Made by a program: the position numbers and the translations under genes. The notes beneath the pieces were generated by a model. The model was not told the DNA's origin. It worked only from the letters and a program-made list of their open reading frames with translations, and did not search any database. Shown piece by piece: positions 26,287-37,077 of a DNA stretch of 64,000 nt. Positions within the stretch are counted from its first letter, which is position 1. Every line of letters starts with the position of its first letter. The DNA is taken from contig UQYP01000001.1 of NCBI GenBank assembly GCA_900545335.1, positions 77,775-141,774 on the forward strand, in the 5' to 3' direction. The stretch is from an uncultured Sutterella sp. GTDB lineage: Bacteria > Pseudomonadota > Gammaproteobacteria > Burkholderiales > Burkholderiaceae_F.

Positions 26287-27402
26287 ATGACCAGTATCTC
26301 GGATATCGTTAAACAAACTGAATTCAGTGACGAAGATATTGTCCGACTCCTTGGGATCACCGATCCCCAGGAAGCGGAGATTTTGCGTCAGGCTGCATAC
26401 AACAAAGCAACTCAAACCGTTGGAAACAATGTTTATTACAGAGGCTTAATCGAGTTTTCCAATATCTGTACCCTAGACTGCCGTTACTGCGGCATTCGCA
26501 AATCCAACCATCAAGTGCCCCGCTACGAGCTCGATAAAGACACGATTGTGTCAGCTGCTGTGTGGGCTGCTCAGAATCACTATGGCTCCATTTGTCTGCA
26601 ATCGGGCGAAAGGCGTGATCCGAAGTTTGTTGCATTTGTCACAGATGTTCTGAAGACGATTCATGCTGAAACGGTCAGTCCTGAACTGCCCAATGGGCTG
26701 GGCATCACTTTGTCCTTGGGTGAGCAAACTTATGAGGTATACAAGCAATGGGCAGAAGCAAGCGGCAATCCGATCGGACTGCGCTACCTCCTAAGGTTTG
26801 AGACTTCAAACCCAACACTATTTGATCACCTGCACTGCTCTCCCGGCCGAGAAAAAGGTTTGGAGCGCCGTTATCAAGCTTTGTCTGACTTAAGACGGGC
26901 CGGTTATCAAGTGGGTTCCGGCGTCATGATCGGTATCCCCGGGCAAACTCTTGAGGATTTATGCCGTGATATCCGAACATTCCAGCAATTGGACTTGGAC
27001 ATGATCGGCATGGGCCCCTATATCACAAGCGAAGGTGCAGATATGTTAGGCGAAGGCATGATGGAGGAAAAAGCTCTTATGCGGCTTTCGCTCAACATGA
27101 TTGCCACGACTCGCTTAGTGCTGCCCGACATCAATATCGCAGCTGCCACCGCTTTACATGCGTTGGAAGAAAACGGTCGTGAAAAGGGCATCCTCCATGG
27201 CTGCAACGTCATTATGCCCAACATCACGCCGAGGGTTGTACGGAAAAATTACCAGCTCTACGCCAATAAACCGTTCATAGAGCAGGAACCCAGTGACTCT
27301 AATTTCTACCTGCAAAACAGTATTCAGAAAACCGGGCGCAGTGTCGCATTGAATGTACTGGGCAGCTCCAAACACTGGAAAATAAGGACTGGGAACAAAT
27401 AA
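26287..27402 (+). CDS. hydE: [FeFe]-hydrogenase maturase HydE (radical SAM, BioB-like)
   Basis: The motif SNICTLDCRYCGIRKSN is the HydE-type SNxCxxxCxYCGxR motif. Its size (371 aa) and adjacency to hydF support the call. Confidence 0.85.
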   Translation: MTSISDIVKQTEFSDEDIVRLLGITDPQEAEILRQAAYNKATQTVGNNVYYRGLIEFSNICTLDCRYCGIRKSNHQVPRYELDKDTIVSAAVWAAQNHYGSICLQSGERRDPKFVAFVTDVLKTIHAETVSPELPNGLGITLSLGEQTYEVYKQWAEASGNPIGLRYLLRFETSNPTLFDHLHCSPGREKGLERRYQALSDLRRAGYQVGSGVMIGIPGQTLEDLCRDIRTFQQLDLDMIGMGPYITSEGADMLGEGMMEEKALMRLSLNMIATTRLVLPDINIAAATALHALEENGREKGILHGCNVIMPNITPRVVRKNYQLYANKPFIEQEPSDSNFYLQNSIQKTGRSVALNVLGSSKHWKIRTGNK

Positions 27403-27403
27403 C

Positions 27404-27430
27404 GATATCGGCTGCAATGCAGCCGATATC
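27404..27430. terminator. Perfect 12-bp inverted repeat (GATATCGGCTGC-AAT-GCAGCCGATATC) between convergent hydE and prfC; a bidirectional terminator-like hairpin
   Basis: Seen directly. There is no strong U-tract on the + strand and only a moderate T-rich tract on the - strand. Confidence 0.45.
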
Positions 27431-27433
27431 CCA

Positions 27434-29038
27434 TTATTCAAATGTCTGGTTCTTCTCTCTTGTGGTATGGAATTGAACCTGAGGCCAATGCTTTTGAGTT
27501 GTCTGCAGGTTGTAGATAGAAGTAGCCAAGTAGACCAAATTTCCATCTGCATCTCTGGCAAGTCTGGAGGCCTGTTCATCCATAAACTGCTTTTGCGTCA
27601 ATTCATCAGGAAAGGACAACCAACGAGCTGTTGAAACATCGGTGTTTTCATAAAGCGCATCAACTTTGTATTCGGTTGCCAATCTCTGCGCCACAATTTC
27701 AAACTGCAAAAATCCGACAGCTCCCAAAAACAGGTGCCCCAGATCGTTTTCAAACACTTGAATCGCACCCTCTTCACCCAACTCCTTGAGACCTTTATGA
27801 AGCTGTTTGGCTTTAAACGGATCTTTAGGACGGGCGGAGCGAAAGAGCTCGGGAGCAAAGTAAGGAATCCCGGTAAATCCCAGCTTTTCACCTTCCGTTA
27901 AAGTATCACCGATATGCAATTGTCCGTGGTTATAGATACCGATGATGTCCCCGGCTACCGCATCGGTCATCGTGACGCGATCATTGGCCATAAACGTCAA
28001 GGCATTGGGAATTTTCATCTCTCGATCTTCACGCAAGTGCTTGACCTTCATTCCCGGTGTGTAACGACCCGAACAAACACGGAAAAAGGCGATACGATCT
28101 CGATGCTTCGGATCCATATTGGCCTGAATTTTGAAAACAAAACCGGTAAAGGGCTTTTCTGTAGGCTCAACCATTCGAGCTCCGCCGTCTCTAGGTTGAG
28201 GCTCAGGCGCCCACTGGACCAATGCTTCCAATACATCCTTAACGCCGAAATTATTGACACCGGAACCGAAGAAAACCGGGCTTTGTTCACCAGCTAAGAA
28301 TTTTTTGATGTCAAACGGATTACTGACTCCTTTGATCAGTTCAATACTCTCGCGGACATATCCCATTTCCATCGGAAACAATTCGTCTAATCGCGGATTA
28401 TCCAATCCCTCAATCAGCTCTTCATTGCCCGATAAGCGATCTTCTCCAGGAGCAAAGCGCACCAAGTGGTCCTTTGTCAGAGAAAAAACTCCTCTAAAGG
28501 TCTTACCCATGCCGATCGGCCAGGTAATTGGAACACATTCCAATTTCAGGATTTCTTCTATTTCGCTCAACAAATCAATTGGATCACGAACTTCGCGGTC
28601 CATTTTGTTGATGAAAGTAATAATCGGTGTGTTACGCAGGCGGCAAACCTCTAAAAGTTTGATGGTTTGCGCTTCAACACCCTTGGCAGCATCGATTACC
28701 ATCACAGCCGCATCAACCGCTGTTAGTACACGATAAGTATCTTCGGAAAAGTCTTCGTGCCCCGGGGTATCAAGCAGATTAATCACGTGATCGGCGTATT
28801 CAAACTGCATGACCGAACTTGTCACAGAGATCCCGCGCTGTTGTTCCACTTCCATCCAGTCACTGGTTGCGTGTCGCGCTGCTTTTCTTCCTTTCACGGC
28901 TCCGGCCATTTGAATGGCTCCGCCAAAAAGCAGCAATTTTTCAGTCAATGTAGTTTTACCCGCATCAGGGTGGGCAATAATGGCAAAGGTTCTTCTTTTT
29001 TTAACATCCCTAGCCAATTGAGTATCTAAAAGAGCCAT
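27434..29038 (-). CDS. prfC: Peptide chain release factor 3
   Basis: The GTPase motifs are [23 protein letters not shown] and NKMD, and the product is 534 aa. Confidence 0.9.
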   Translation of the reverse strand: MALLDTQLARDVKKRRTFAIIAHPDAGKTTLTEKLLLFGGAIQMAGAVKGRKAARHATSDWMEVEQQRGISVTSSVMQFEYADHVINLLDTPGHEDFSEDTYRVLTAVDAAVMVIDAAKGVEAQTIKLLEVCRLRNTPIITFINKMDREVRDPIDLLSEIEEILKLECVPITWPIGMGKTFRGVFSLTKDHLVRFAPGEDRLSGNEELIEGLDNPRLDELFPMEMGYVRESIELIKGVSNPFDIKKFLAGEQSPVFFGSGVNNFGVKDVLEALVQWAPEPQPRDGGARMVEPTEKPFTGFVFKIQANMDPKHRDRIAFFRVCSGRYTPGMKVKHLREDREMKIPNALTFMANDRVTMTDAVAGDIIGIYNHGQLHIGDTLTEGEKLGFTGIPYFAPELFRSARPKDPFKAKQLHKGLKELGEEGAIQVFENDLGHLFLGAVGFLQFEIVAQRLATEYKVDALYENTDVSTARWLSFPDELTQKQFMDEQASRLARDADGNLVYLATSIYNLQTTQKHWPQVQFHTTREKNQTFE

Positions 29039-29171
29039 TTTTTAAATTTCTTCCGACAATTCAAGGCCTAAAGTCAACAATTAAGGGGGTTATTGTACCG
29101 AATTTCATTAAAATCCCCTGCTAAAAATTCTTAAGCGTTACAATGCTCGAAATAATATTTGGAGTCTATAA

Positions 29172-30476
29172 ATGAGTTATTTCCCAAAATGGAAATTAAA
29201 ACGGGACGGAATCATCGCTCCGGATGAACGTTTACCGATCGGCCAAACATTAGCTTTGGGTGTTCAACACGTTGTGGCCATGTTTGGATCGACAATCTTA
29301 GCGCCGCTATTGATGGGATTTGATCCCAATGTGGCGATCTTAATGAGTGGTATCGGCACTCTGATTTTCTTTTTCATTGTCGGCGGTCACGTCCCGAGCT
29401 ATTTAGGCTCCAGTTTTGCCTTTATCGGTGTTGTCATTGCCGCGACGGGCTACACAGCCGGCTCGGGTCTTAACGGCAATATCGGCGTTGCTCTCGGAGG
29501 CATTATTGCCTGCGGTCTTATCTATGCAATCGTTGGTCTGATTGTAATGGGCACCGGTGTCAAGTGGATCGAAAAACTCATGCCTCCGGTTGTAACGGGG
29601 GCCGTGGTGGCAGTCATCGGGCTGAATTTGGCGCCAACGGCCTGTAAAAGCGTCGGCGACGGTACGTTCAATGCCTGTATCGCCATTATTACGATGGTCT
29701 GTGTGGGTGCGGTTGCCGTTTACACTCGCGGCTTAATCCAAAAGTTACTGATTCTTGTCGGTATTGCTTTAAGCTACGTGATTTATTTTGTTTTGGCCAA
29801 TGTTTTAAACATGGGTCCTGCAATTGATTTTTCAGTCATTGCCAATGCTGCCTGGTTTGGTCTGCCGCATTTTTCAAGTCCGACTTTCGACTTTAATGCT
29901 ATTTTGCTGATCACCCCTGTTGTCATTATTCTGATTGGGGAAAATTTAGGTCACGTGAAAGCTGTTACAGCCATGACGGGACGCAACCTGGATCCTTATA
30001 TGGGACGTGCTTTCCTGGGTGACGGTCTAGCCACCATGTTTGCTGCAAGCTTCGGCGGAACCGGTGTAACGACCTACGGTGAAAATATCGGTGTTATGGC
30101 AGCAACGCGTGTTTATTCCACTCTGATATTTGTTGTTGCAGCCTGTTTTGCCATTGTTCTGGGCTTTTCTCCCAAATTCGGAGCCATTATTCAAACGATT
30201 CCTCAACCGTTACTTGGCGGGGTTTCGATTGTCGTATTCGGTTTAATTGCTGTTGCCGGGGCGAGAATTTGGGTCGTCAATCAGGTCGATTTCGGTAACA
30301 ACCGCAATCTCATCGTCGCAGCAGTGACATTAATTCTCGGTGCCGGAGATTTCACGATTAACATCGCCGGCTTTACACTCGGCGGTATTGGCACGGCTAC
30401 TTTCGGTGCTATTCTGCTCAACGCCTTGATGAATCAGGGCAGCTCACGAGAAGGAGAGCCGTTAATCGAGCGTTAA
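29172..30476 (+). CDS. NCS2-family nucleobase:cation symporter (uracil/xanthine permease-like)
   Basis: It is a roughly 14-TM protein. The NCS2 signature region reads QHVVAMFGSTILAPLLMGF. Confidence 0.8.
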   Translation: MSYFPKWKLKRDGIIAPDERLPIGQTLALGVQHVVAMFGSTILAPLLMGFDPNVAILMSGIGTLIFFFIVGGHVPSYLGSSFAFIGVVIAATGYTAGSGLNGNIGVALGGIIACGLIYAIVGLIVMGTGVKWIEKLMPPVVTGAVVAVIGLNLAPTACKSVGDGTFNACIAIITMVCVGAVAVYTRGLIQKLLILVGIALSYVIYFVLANVLNMGPAIDFSVIANAAWFGLPHFSSPTFDFNAILLITPVVIILIGENLGHVKAVTAMTGRNLDPYMGRAFLGDGLATMFAASFGGTGVTTYGENIGVMAATRVYSTLIFVVAACFAIVLGFSPKFGAIIQTIPQPLLGGVSIVVFGLIAVAGARIWVVNQVDFGNNRNLIVAAVTLILGAGDFTINIAGFTLGGIGTATFGAILLNALMNQGSSREGEPLIER

Positions 30477-30483
30477 CTTCCGA

Positions 30484-30527
30484 AAAAATATCCCGACTGG
30501 TTTTTCTGCCAGCCGGGATTTTTTTAT
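30484..30527. terminator. Bidirectional rho-independent terminator between the NCS2 permease gene (+) and the M20 peptidase gene (-)
   Basis: The stem is ATCCCGACTGG / CCAGCCGGGAT (10 of 11 bp). It is flanked by an A-run upstream and T7 downstream. Confidence 0.75.
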
Positions 30528-30569
30528 GCCTAAAGCACGAACCCTAACGGGTCACAATACTTTTTCCTA

Positions 30570-31853
30570 TTAGGCACGCTTTTCAAGCACAGGTTCAGTG
30601 ACACCGTCAACACCCACCAACACCAAGCTCGTGAGCATGGCTAATTGAGGACCTTGGTAAGCGTCAACCGGTTCATACCATTCTTTGACATTATGGTTGA
30701 AGCCTTCCTTACCGCCGCCACCGAGAGTCGTTGCAGGCACACCCTTGTTAACGGCCACGTTGTGGTCAGTAGAGGCAAAAGCGTAAGAATAAAGCGGAAT
30801 GCCCAAAGCAGCCATTGCACCGCGAGCGGCTTGCAAAACGCTGACTTCATCTTTTTGACCGCCGCCGGGACGATGACCGATCGGTTCAAGCGTAAGCTTC
30901 ACGCCATCTTCATCCTTATAGCCCCAACGTGCATTTTCATCTTTTGCGGCTTGTTCAAAGATCGGCAAAATACGAGCTTCCAGTTCGTCTAATTCCTTAG
31001 CACCGGCGCTTCTCATATCCAATTCCATTTCCACATGTGCAGCAATGGAGTTAACCGTCGTACCGCCCTTAATCGTGCCGCACGTAAAGGTTGTCTTCGG
31101 ATCGCTGACCGTTTGCAAATCAGCAATCTTGGCAATAGCACGACCGATAGCATGAATAGCGCTCGGTGTACCGAAAGCATTCCAGGAGTGTCCGCCGGGG
31201 CCGTCAAAGTGCACACGATAGCGTTTGGATCCCGTAGCGCCGCACAAAACACGGTTCACATTCACACCGTCAACGGAAATGAAACCGTCGATATGAATGC
31301 CGCTCTTATTGAAGAGATACTTCGAACCACGGAGGTCACCGTTACCTTCTTCGCCAACGCTACCCACAAAGAGAATATCGCCAACCGTTTCAATCTTGAA
31401 TTCTTGCAATGTACGCAGTACCTGCAAGATGGCAGCCAAACCGCGAGCATCGTCACTGATACCGGGAGCTAAATAACGGTCTCCTTCACGGCGAACCTTC
31501 ACATTGGTTCCGGCCGGGAACACTGTATCCAAGTGAGCAGCCAAAACGAGTGTCGGACCATTACCCTTACCGCAGCGGCGGGCAAGCACGTTACCTTCTT
31601 CATCAATAGAAGCTTTCAGGCCCAGTTCTTCCAAACGACGAACGAAGTCCTTAGCACGAACTTCTTCATGGAAGGGAGGCGCTTCTACTTCGGTAATAGC
31701 GATTTGATCAGCAAGCGTTTTTTCATCATCACGCTTGACCGCTTCAATCGCAGCCTTGATCGTTTCACAAGCGGCCAATTTGTCAACGGCAGCTTGAACA
31801 TGCGCCAAAAGCGGCGGCATTTCTAAAGGCTTTGCATCCTTAGGGTTGTCCAT
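30570..31853 (-). CDS. M20B-family metallopeptidase, PepT-like tripeptidase
   Basis: The metal-binding motif is HLDTVFP, the Asp motif is GISDDARGLAAI, and a dimerisation domain is present. I set the start at the ATG preceded by an AAGGAG Shine-Dalgarno sequence (MDNPKDAK…). The ORF-track start at 31919 is an upstream extension. Confidence 0.8.
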   Translation of the reverse strand: MDNPKDAKPLEMPPLLAHVQAAVDKLAACETIKAAIEAVKRDDEKTLADQIAITEVEAPPFHEEVRAKDFVRRLEELGLKASIDEEGNVLARRCGKGNGPTLVLAAHLDTVFPAGTNVKVRREGDRYLAPGISDDARGLAAILQVLRTLQEFKIETVGDILFVGSVGEEGNGDLRGSKYLFNKSGIHIDGFISVDGVNVNRVLCGATGSKRYRVHFDGPGGHSWNAFGTPSAIHAIGRAIAKIADLQTVSDPKTTFTCGTIKGGTTVNSIAAHVEMELDMRSAGAKELDELEARILPIFEQAAKDENARWGYKDEDGVKLTLEPIGHRPGGGQKDEVSVLQAARGAMAALGIPLYSYAFASTDHNVAVNKGVPATTLGGGGKEGFNHNVKEWYEPVDAYQGPQLAMLTSLVLVGVDGVTEPVLEKRA

Positions 31854-31957
31854 ATTCAACTCCTTAATTTTGTTTAAACACAGAAAACTTCCGTTTTCAT
31901 ATCCTGTCGATTTTAGCATTTACGCTAGGTTAAACGACTTATTTTCTTAAGCTTCGA

Positions 31958-34240
31958 TCAATGTTTCAGCTTTGCAAAAGCGCTTGCCATAGCACTTAAT
32001 GGTCTGTCATGGTTTTGCCTGGGCAGATTGTGACGACTCGGTTTATTGCTCGAATTGCCTTTTTTCATCGATAAAGAAATACGATTTCTGGCAACATCCA
32101 CTTCCAGCACACGAACCTTGACAATTTGACCCACTTTGACCACTTCCCGAGGATCCTTTACAAAGTGATCGGCCAACTCCGACACATGCACCAAACCATC
32201 CTGATGCACACCGATATCAACAAAAGCCCCAAACGCCGCCACATTGGAAACGACCCCCTCAAGCTCCATGTTCGGTTTCAGATCGGATATGGTTTCCACA
32301 CCCTCTTTGAAAACAGCCGTTTTAAATTCCGGTCTTGGATCTCGACCCGGTTTTTCCAACTCGCTCAAAATGTCCTTTACCGTCGGAATACCAAACCGAT
32401 CATCCGTAAAGTCTGAAGCTTTCAGCTGACGCAGCACACTTTGATTACCGATTAGGGTCAAAATATCAGAGCCCGTTTTCTCAAGAATTTTTTCAACGAC
32501 CGGATAGGCTTCCGGGTGAACAGCCGAGGCATCCAACGGATTATCTCCTCCGGTTATGCGCAAAAATCCAGCAGCCTGCTCAAATGTTTTTTCTCCTAAT
32601 CGCGGTACATCCATCAATTGACGACGATTTTTAAATGCCCCGTGAGTATCTCGGAAATTAACGATTGACTGGGCCACGGATTTTGACAAACCAGAGACGC
32701 GGGCCAATAGCGGCACACTGGCAGTATTTAAATCCACTCCGACAGCATTAACACAATCCTCTACCACTGCATCTAGTTTTTGAGCCAAATGCACCTGATT
32801 GACATCATGCTGATATTGACCCACTCCGATGGCTTTAGGGTCAATTTTGACTAATTCGGCCAATGGATCCTGCAGACGCCTTGCAATGGATACTGCACCT
32901 CGATAACTAACATCCATATTCGGGAATTCTTTGGCTGCCAGTTCGCTTGCCGAATACACACTCGCACCGGCCTCGCTTACCACAATCTTTGTTAAACCTA
33001 ATTGCGGATACCGGGCAATCAATTCAGCTGCCAGCCGATCTGTTTCACGACTTGCCGTTCCGTTTCCTATGCTGATTAACTTAGTGCCATGACGTTTAGC
33101 CAAAGCAGCCAAAATTTCAATAGACTGATCCCATTGCTTCTTCGGTTCATGAGGATAAATCACCCCAGTTTCCAAAACACTGCCGGTAGAAGAAATCACC
33201 GCCACTTTCACCCCGGTTCTCAGTCCGGGATCCAATCCAATCACCCCTTTCTGACCTGCAGGTGCAGCTAAAAGCAAATCCTTCAAATTAATGCCAAATA
33301 CCCGAATAGCTTCCTCTTCTGCCCGCTCACGGATAGTTTCAAAGAGTTCCGTCTCCAGGTTTAAGCAAACTTTGACTCTCCAAGTCCATCGGCAAACATC
33401 CATCAACCATTTGTCTGCCGCTCGGCCTAAATCCTTTACCCCGAAGTGCTCAGCAACCATTTTCTGACAAGGATGAGGAACCTGAGCTTCTTCCTGCTCA
33501 CTGAGTGCAACTTTGACTGACAACACACCTTCCTGACGACCTCTGAAAAGGGCAAGGGCGCGATGAGAGGGAATAGAGCTCAACGGTTCATCAAAATCAA
33601 AATAATCCTTATATTTGACCCCTTCCTGATCCTTACCTTCCACAACTTCAGAGACAATAAAGCCGTGCTTACTTAAAAAAGATCGCAGTGCCGAAAGCAA
33701 CTCGGCGTCTTCGCTGAAACGCTCGGCCAAAATATCTCTTGCTCCGTTCAAAGCATCCTTGACTGCAGAAATACCCTTTTGCGGATTAAGAAAGTTCTCT
33801 GCTTCCTGCTCGGGAACCAAAGTCGGATTTTCGAGTAATTTATCGGCCAAAGGCTCTAACCCGGCTTCTTTGGCAATTTGAGCACGAGTGCGTCTCTTGG
33901 GCTTATACGGTAAGTACAAATCTTCAATCCGCTGCTTAGTTTCAGCCTGCATTAAAGCCGACTTCAGTTCCTCGGTTAATTTTCCCTGAGACTCGATCGA
34001 CTCGATTACCGTCGCGCGTCGGGCTTCCATATCCCGCAGGTAAACGAGCCGCTCCTGCAGCAAACGCAACTGTGAATCATCCAGTCCGCCGGTCACCTCT
34101 TTGCGATAACGGGCGATGAAAGGCACTGTCGCTCCGTTATCGAGCAAATCTACGGCAGCTTGTACTTGAGAGTGAGTTGCTTTGATATCCTGCGATAAAG
34201 TCAAAGCGATTCTCGTATTGGCTTCTTGAGTCAATGTCAT
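31958..34240 (-). CDS. tex: Transcription accessory protein Tex (YqgF/RNaseH-like, HhH and S1 domains)
   Basis: The 760-aa product has the N-terminal motif [21 protein letters not shown], which is the Tex signature, and a C-terminal S1 domain. Confidence 0.9.
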   Translation of the reverse strand: MTLTQEANTRIALTLSQDIKATHSQVQAAVDLLDNGATVPFIARYRKEVTGGLDDSQLRLLQERLVYLRDMEARRATVIESIESQGKLTEELKSALMQAETKQRIEDLYLPYKPKRRTRAQIAKEAGLEPLADKLLENPTLVPEQEAENFLNPQKGISAVKDALNGARDILAERFSEDAELLSALRSFLSKHGFIVSEVVEGKDQEGVKYKDYFDFDEPLSSIPSHRALALFRGRQEGVLSVKVALSEQEEAQVPHPCQKMVAEHFGVKDLGRAADKWLMDVCRWTWRVKVCLNLETELFETIRERAEEEAIRVFGINLKDLLLAAPAGQKGVIGLDPGLRTGVKVAVISSTGSVLETGVIYPHEPKKQWDQSIEILAALAKRHGTKLISIGNGTASRETDRLAAELIARYPQLGLTKIVVSEAGASVYSASELAAKEFPNMDVSYRGAVSIARRLQDPLAELVKIDPKAIGVGQYQHDVNQVHLAQKLDAVVEDCVNAVGVDLNTASVPLLARVSGLSKSVAQSIVNFRDTHGAFKNRRQLMDVPRLGEKTFEQAAGFLRITGGDNPLDASAVHPEAYPVVEKILEKTGSDILTLIGNQSVLRQLKASDFTDDRFGIPTVKDILSELEKPGRDPRPEFKTAVFKEGVETISDLKPNMELEGVVSNVAAFGAFVDIGVHQDGLVHVSELADHFVKDPREVVKVGQIVKVRVLEVDVARNRISLSMKKGNSSNKPSRHNLPRQNHDRPLSAMASAFAKLKH

Positions 34241-34274
34241 TATTCAGTCTTTCAAAAAAAGGAAAATTAATAAG

Positions 34275-34763
34275 CTAAGACAGTTCCGGTGATAAATGTC
34301 CGGCTTGTTGCCTGATCCGCTCCACCATGTCTCTGTCTTTTTGTTCATAAGCTTTTCGTCTCAAAGACAAAAAGATATCTTCTTGGGGGGCTGAGTCTGT
34401 GTCTTCTTCATAAATAAAATGCAAACTGATTGCATTTTTTATTTCCGATGTTCTGATTTCAATTGTCAACCGACTTCCGGGATAGTCTTCCGTGTGTTCA
34501 ATATCCGTTACCATCGTATGGTTATCGATAAAACTTACTCGGTCTTTTACATCCATAGAACCGAAGTGCAGCACGCGATAAAGTACGTGAAGACCGTTTT
34601 CAAATGATTCTTTAACCTCCGAGCTTTCTAATGGTTCAAAATACTCGTGAGGATGCTTGGCATAGTGCTCTAGATGCCTCAATAAATTTGAGACTGTCAG
34701 TGATTTGAAAAGAGGATCGTCCTGATTGGTCACCTCGATCGTATGTTCATGAACCTTAATCAT
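34275..34763 (-). CDS. Hypothetical protein (162 aa, acidic, no recognisable motif)
   Basis: The ORF overlaps the 3' end of the upstream permease gene by 8 nt, which suggests translational coupling. It occupies the slot where an amino-acid ABC ATPase gene would be expected. Confidence 0.4.
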   Translation of the reverse strand: MIKVHEHTIEVTNQDDPLFKSLTVSNLLRHLEHYAKHPHEYFEPLESSEVKESFENGLHVLYRVLHFGSMDVKDRVSFIDNHTMVTDIEHTEDYPGSRLTIEIRTSEIKNAISLHFIYEEDTDSAPQEDIFLSLRRKAYEQKDRDMVERIRQQAGHLSPELS

Positions 34764-35835
34764 GTGAACTACCCTTCTTAATTCGTTGTTCCAGCCAAAT
34801 ACTGTATCTGGACATCAAAAGGCTAGAGAAGAAGTAAATTGCAGCGACAAATATATATCCTTCTACAAAAAACTGACGCCACTGGGGATCTCCCAGAGCA
34901 AGACGCAGAGCACCCGTTAAATCATACATCGATACAACCGTCACCAAAGAGGTATCCATAAATGTTGACAGGAGGCTGTTTACCAGAGCGGGAATGACAG
35001 CAACCAGGGCTTGCGGCAAGATGATATAGATATAAACCTGCCAGGGTTTAAAGCCTAAGGAAGCTGCAGCGTTAAACTGACCGCTGCTGATCGTCTGCAA
35101 TCCGCCTCTGACAGTTTCAGCCATGTAAGCGGCCTGAAAAAGCACAATACCCAAAGCAATACGCCAAAAACCGTCGATAACCAAACCTGAGGGCAAAAGC
35201 AAAGGGAAAATGTATGTGGCAACAAATAAAACCGTGATTAGCGGCACACCCCGAACCAATTCAATATAACTGGCCGAAAGCACCCTCAGAACCGGTAGGG
35301 ATGAACGCCTGCCGATAGCTAAAAGAATTCCAATCGGTGCAGACAAAGTCATACCGATTAACGTCAGAATAACCGTAAGAGGCAAGCCGCCCCAGGCGTC
35401 AGAATCCACTGAGGTTAAACCAAAAATACCGCCTGCCATCAAAAGGAAAAATGCAGCAAAAGCAAAGATCCAACCGACAACAATTGCTCGAAAACCCTTT
35501 TTGGTCCAAAAAAGCGGCACTGCAGTGATGATCAGCATCAAAACAATCAGGAAGGTTGCCAGGCCCGCCCGCCACTGTTCCTCATACGGGTAACGTCCAA
35601 AGAGAATCAAACGCCATTTTTCAGCTACAAACCCCCAACAGGCTCCGTCAGAAGAACGGCAAAGTGCAAGGTCGGGCTCAGTGACGGCGTTGAACACTCC
35701 CCAGCCCAAAAATTTAACGGCAAACCAAAATAAACCGCCGGCAATTAAGAGCGTAAGCAGTGACCGCACGGGCGAACCGAAATAGTCTTTTCTGAGGCTT
35801 TCACTAAGGGAGGCATTCATGGCTAACATTTTCAT
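34756..35835 (-). CDS. aapM: Polar/general L-amino-acid ABC transporter permease (AapM-like)
   Basis: The C-terminal His/Glu-type permease domain carries an EAA-like loop (ALGDPQWRQFF… region). The product is 359 aa. Confidence 0.7.
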   Translation of the reverse strand: MKMLAMNASLSESLRKDYFGSPVRSLLTLLIAGGLFWFAVKFLGWGVFNAVTEPDLALCRSSDGACWGFVAEKWRLILFGRYPYEEQWRAGLATFLIVLMLIITAVPLFWTKKGFRAIVVGWIFAFAAFFLLMAGGIFGLTSVDSDAWGGLPLTVILTLIGMTLSAPIGILLAIGRRSSLPVLRVLSASYIELVRGVPLITVLFVATYIFPLLLPSGLVIDGFWRIALGIVLFQAAYMAETVRGGLQTISSGQFNAAASLGFKPWQVYIYIILPQALVAVIPALVNSLLSTFMDTSLVTVVSMYDLTGALRLALGDPQWRQFFVEGYIFVAAIYFFSSLLMSRYSIWLEQRIKKGSSHD

Positions 35836-35840
35836 TTCCC

Positions 35841-37025
35841 CTAGCGCGGCGCTGAAACCACTTTTGTGTTAAGTCGATTCATAATCAGTGCAATGATCAG
35901 ATTAAGCAACAAATACACCATCATGATGATGACGATCGCTTCAAGAGCCTGTCCCATGATAACAATCGATGTATTTCCTACACTGACAATGTCCGGATAG
36001 CCGATAATGACAGCCAACGAGGAATTCTTTGTCAAATTCATATACTGACTGGCCATCGGCGGAACGATCAATCGCAACGATTGGGGCAAAATGACATAAC
36101 TGATTGTCTGCAGCCGTGTCATCCCCAAAGCTTCAGAGGCTCTCCATTGATTGGCAGGAACTGCCAAAATCCCGGCTCTGACAATTTCTGCAATAGCCGC
36201 TGATGTAAATGTTGTCAGCCCAATCCACAAAGCCATGAACTCCGGGGTAGCACTGGCACCGCCTGTGACTAAAAATCCTTCTCTATGAGGCTGACTCCAG
36301 CCAAACAATACGCCGGCAAAAAACCATACCAATACGGCAACAATTGCAGCCGTAAGCACTGCATCACAAGTGGCCACCAAGCCGGTTAATTTCTTAACTA
36401 AAGAGCGTTTTACCAAAAGGAAAACACAGACTGCAGAAAGCAGCGCTGCCAAATTTGTCTGCCACAAAAAGGCCGGTACACTGAATTGGAACCCTGCCTT
36501 TGAGAGCATGGCCCAAGTTCCGAAATGAATAGGATCAAATGAGTCCGGAAGAAACTCCGTAATAATCAGATAGATCGCAAAAAGCTGAATAAGAAGCGGA
36601 ATATTGCGGTAAAACTCCACATGCGCCATTCCCAAAAAACGCACCAAAGGATGCTTTGACAGACGCATTAACCCAACGATTACACCCAGAACAGTTGCCG
36701 TGACGATCGCAAAAAGTGAAACTCGAATGGTGTTGAAAAAACCGGCCAAAAACATTCGAGCGAAGCTGTCGTTGGATGAGACGGCAATTAACGATTCACC
36801 GATCTCAAAACTGGCCCGATCGCTTAAAAAAGCAAATCCGGAACGAATATCTCTGGCTTGTAAATTACTGAATATATTTTGTGCAAAAAGATAAATCACT
36901 CCCAACACCAAAGCGAAGACAACCAATTGCCAAAACCACTCTTTGCGGCGGCGATAGGCTTCACGTCTGCGCCAGGCAGAATCGCCTGTCAGGCTTGAGG
37001 GGTGACTATTCTTTTGAGTTTGCAT
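35841..37025 (-). CDS. aapQ: Polar/general L-amino-acid ABC transporter permease (AapQ-like)
   Basis: It is a 394-aa polytopic permease with EAA loop residues (…SEALGMTRLQTISYVILPQSLR…). Confidence 0.7.
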   Translation of the reverse strand: MQTQKNSHPSSLTGDSAWRRREAYRRRKEWFWQLVVFALVLGVIYLFAQNIFSNLQARDIRSGFAFLSDRASFEIGESLIAVSSNDSFARMFLAGFFNTIRVSLFAIVTATVLGVIVGLMRLSKHPLVRFLGMAHVEFYRNIPLLIQLFAIYLIITEFLPDSFDPIHFGTWAMLSKAGFQFSVPAFLWQTNLAALLSAVCVFLLVKRSLVKKLTGLVATCDAVLTAAIVAVLVWFFAGVLFGWSQPHREGFLVTGGASATPEFMALWIGLTTFTSAAIAEIVRAGILAVPANQWRASEALGMTRLQTISYVILPQSLRLIVPPMASQYMNLTKNSSLAVIIGYPDIVSVGNTSIVIMGQALEAIVIIMMVYLLLNLIIALIMNRLNTKVVSAPR

Positions 37026-37077
37026 CTTTAACTAAAATGGCGGTTGAAACAACCGCCACTTCATCAATCTCCGTTTA

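Noticed and set aside
26287-27402. Biotin synthase BioB as an alternative identity for the BioB-like radical SAM ORF
   Set aside because: It has the HydE-type SNxCxxxCxYCGxR motif and lies directly downstream of the HydF GTPase and the [FeFe]-hydrogenase operon. No other bio genes are nearby.
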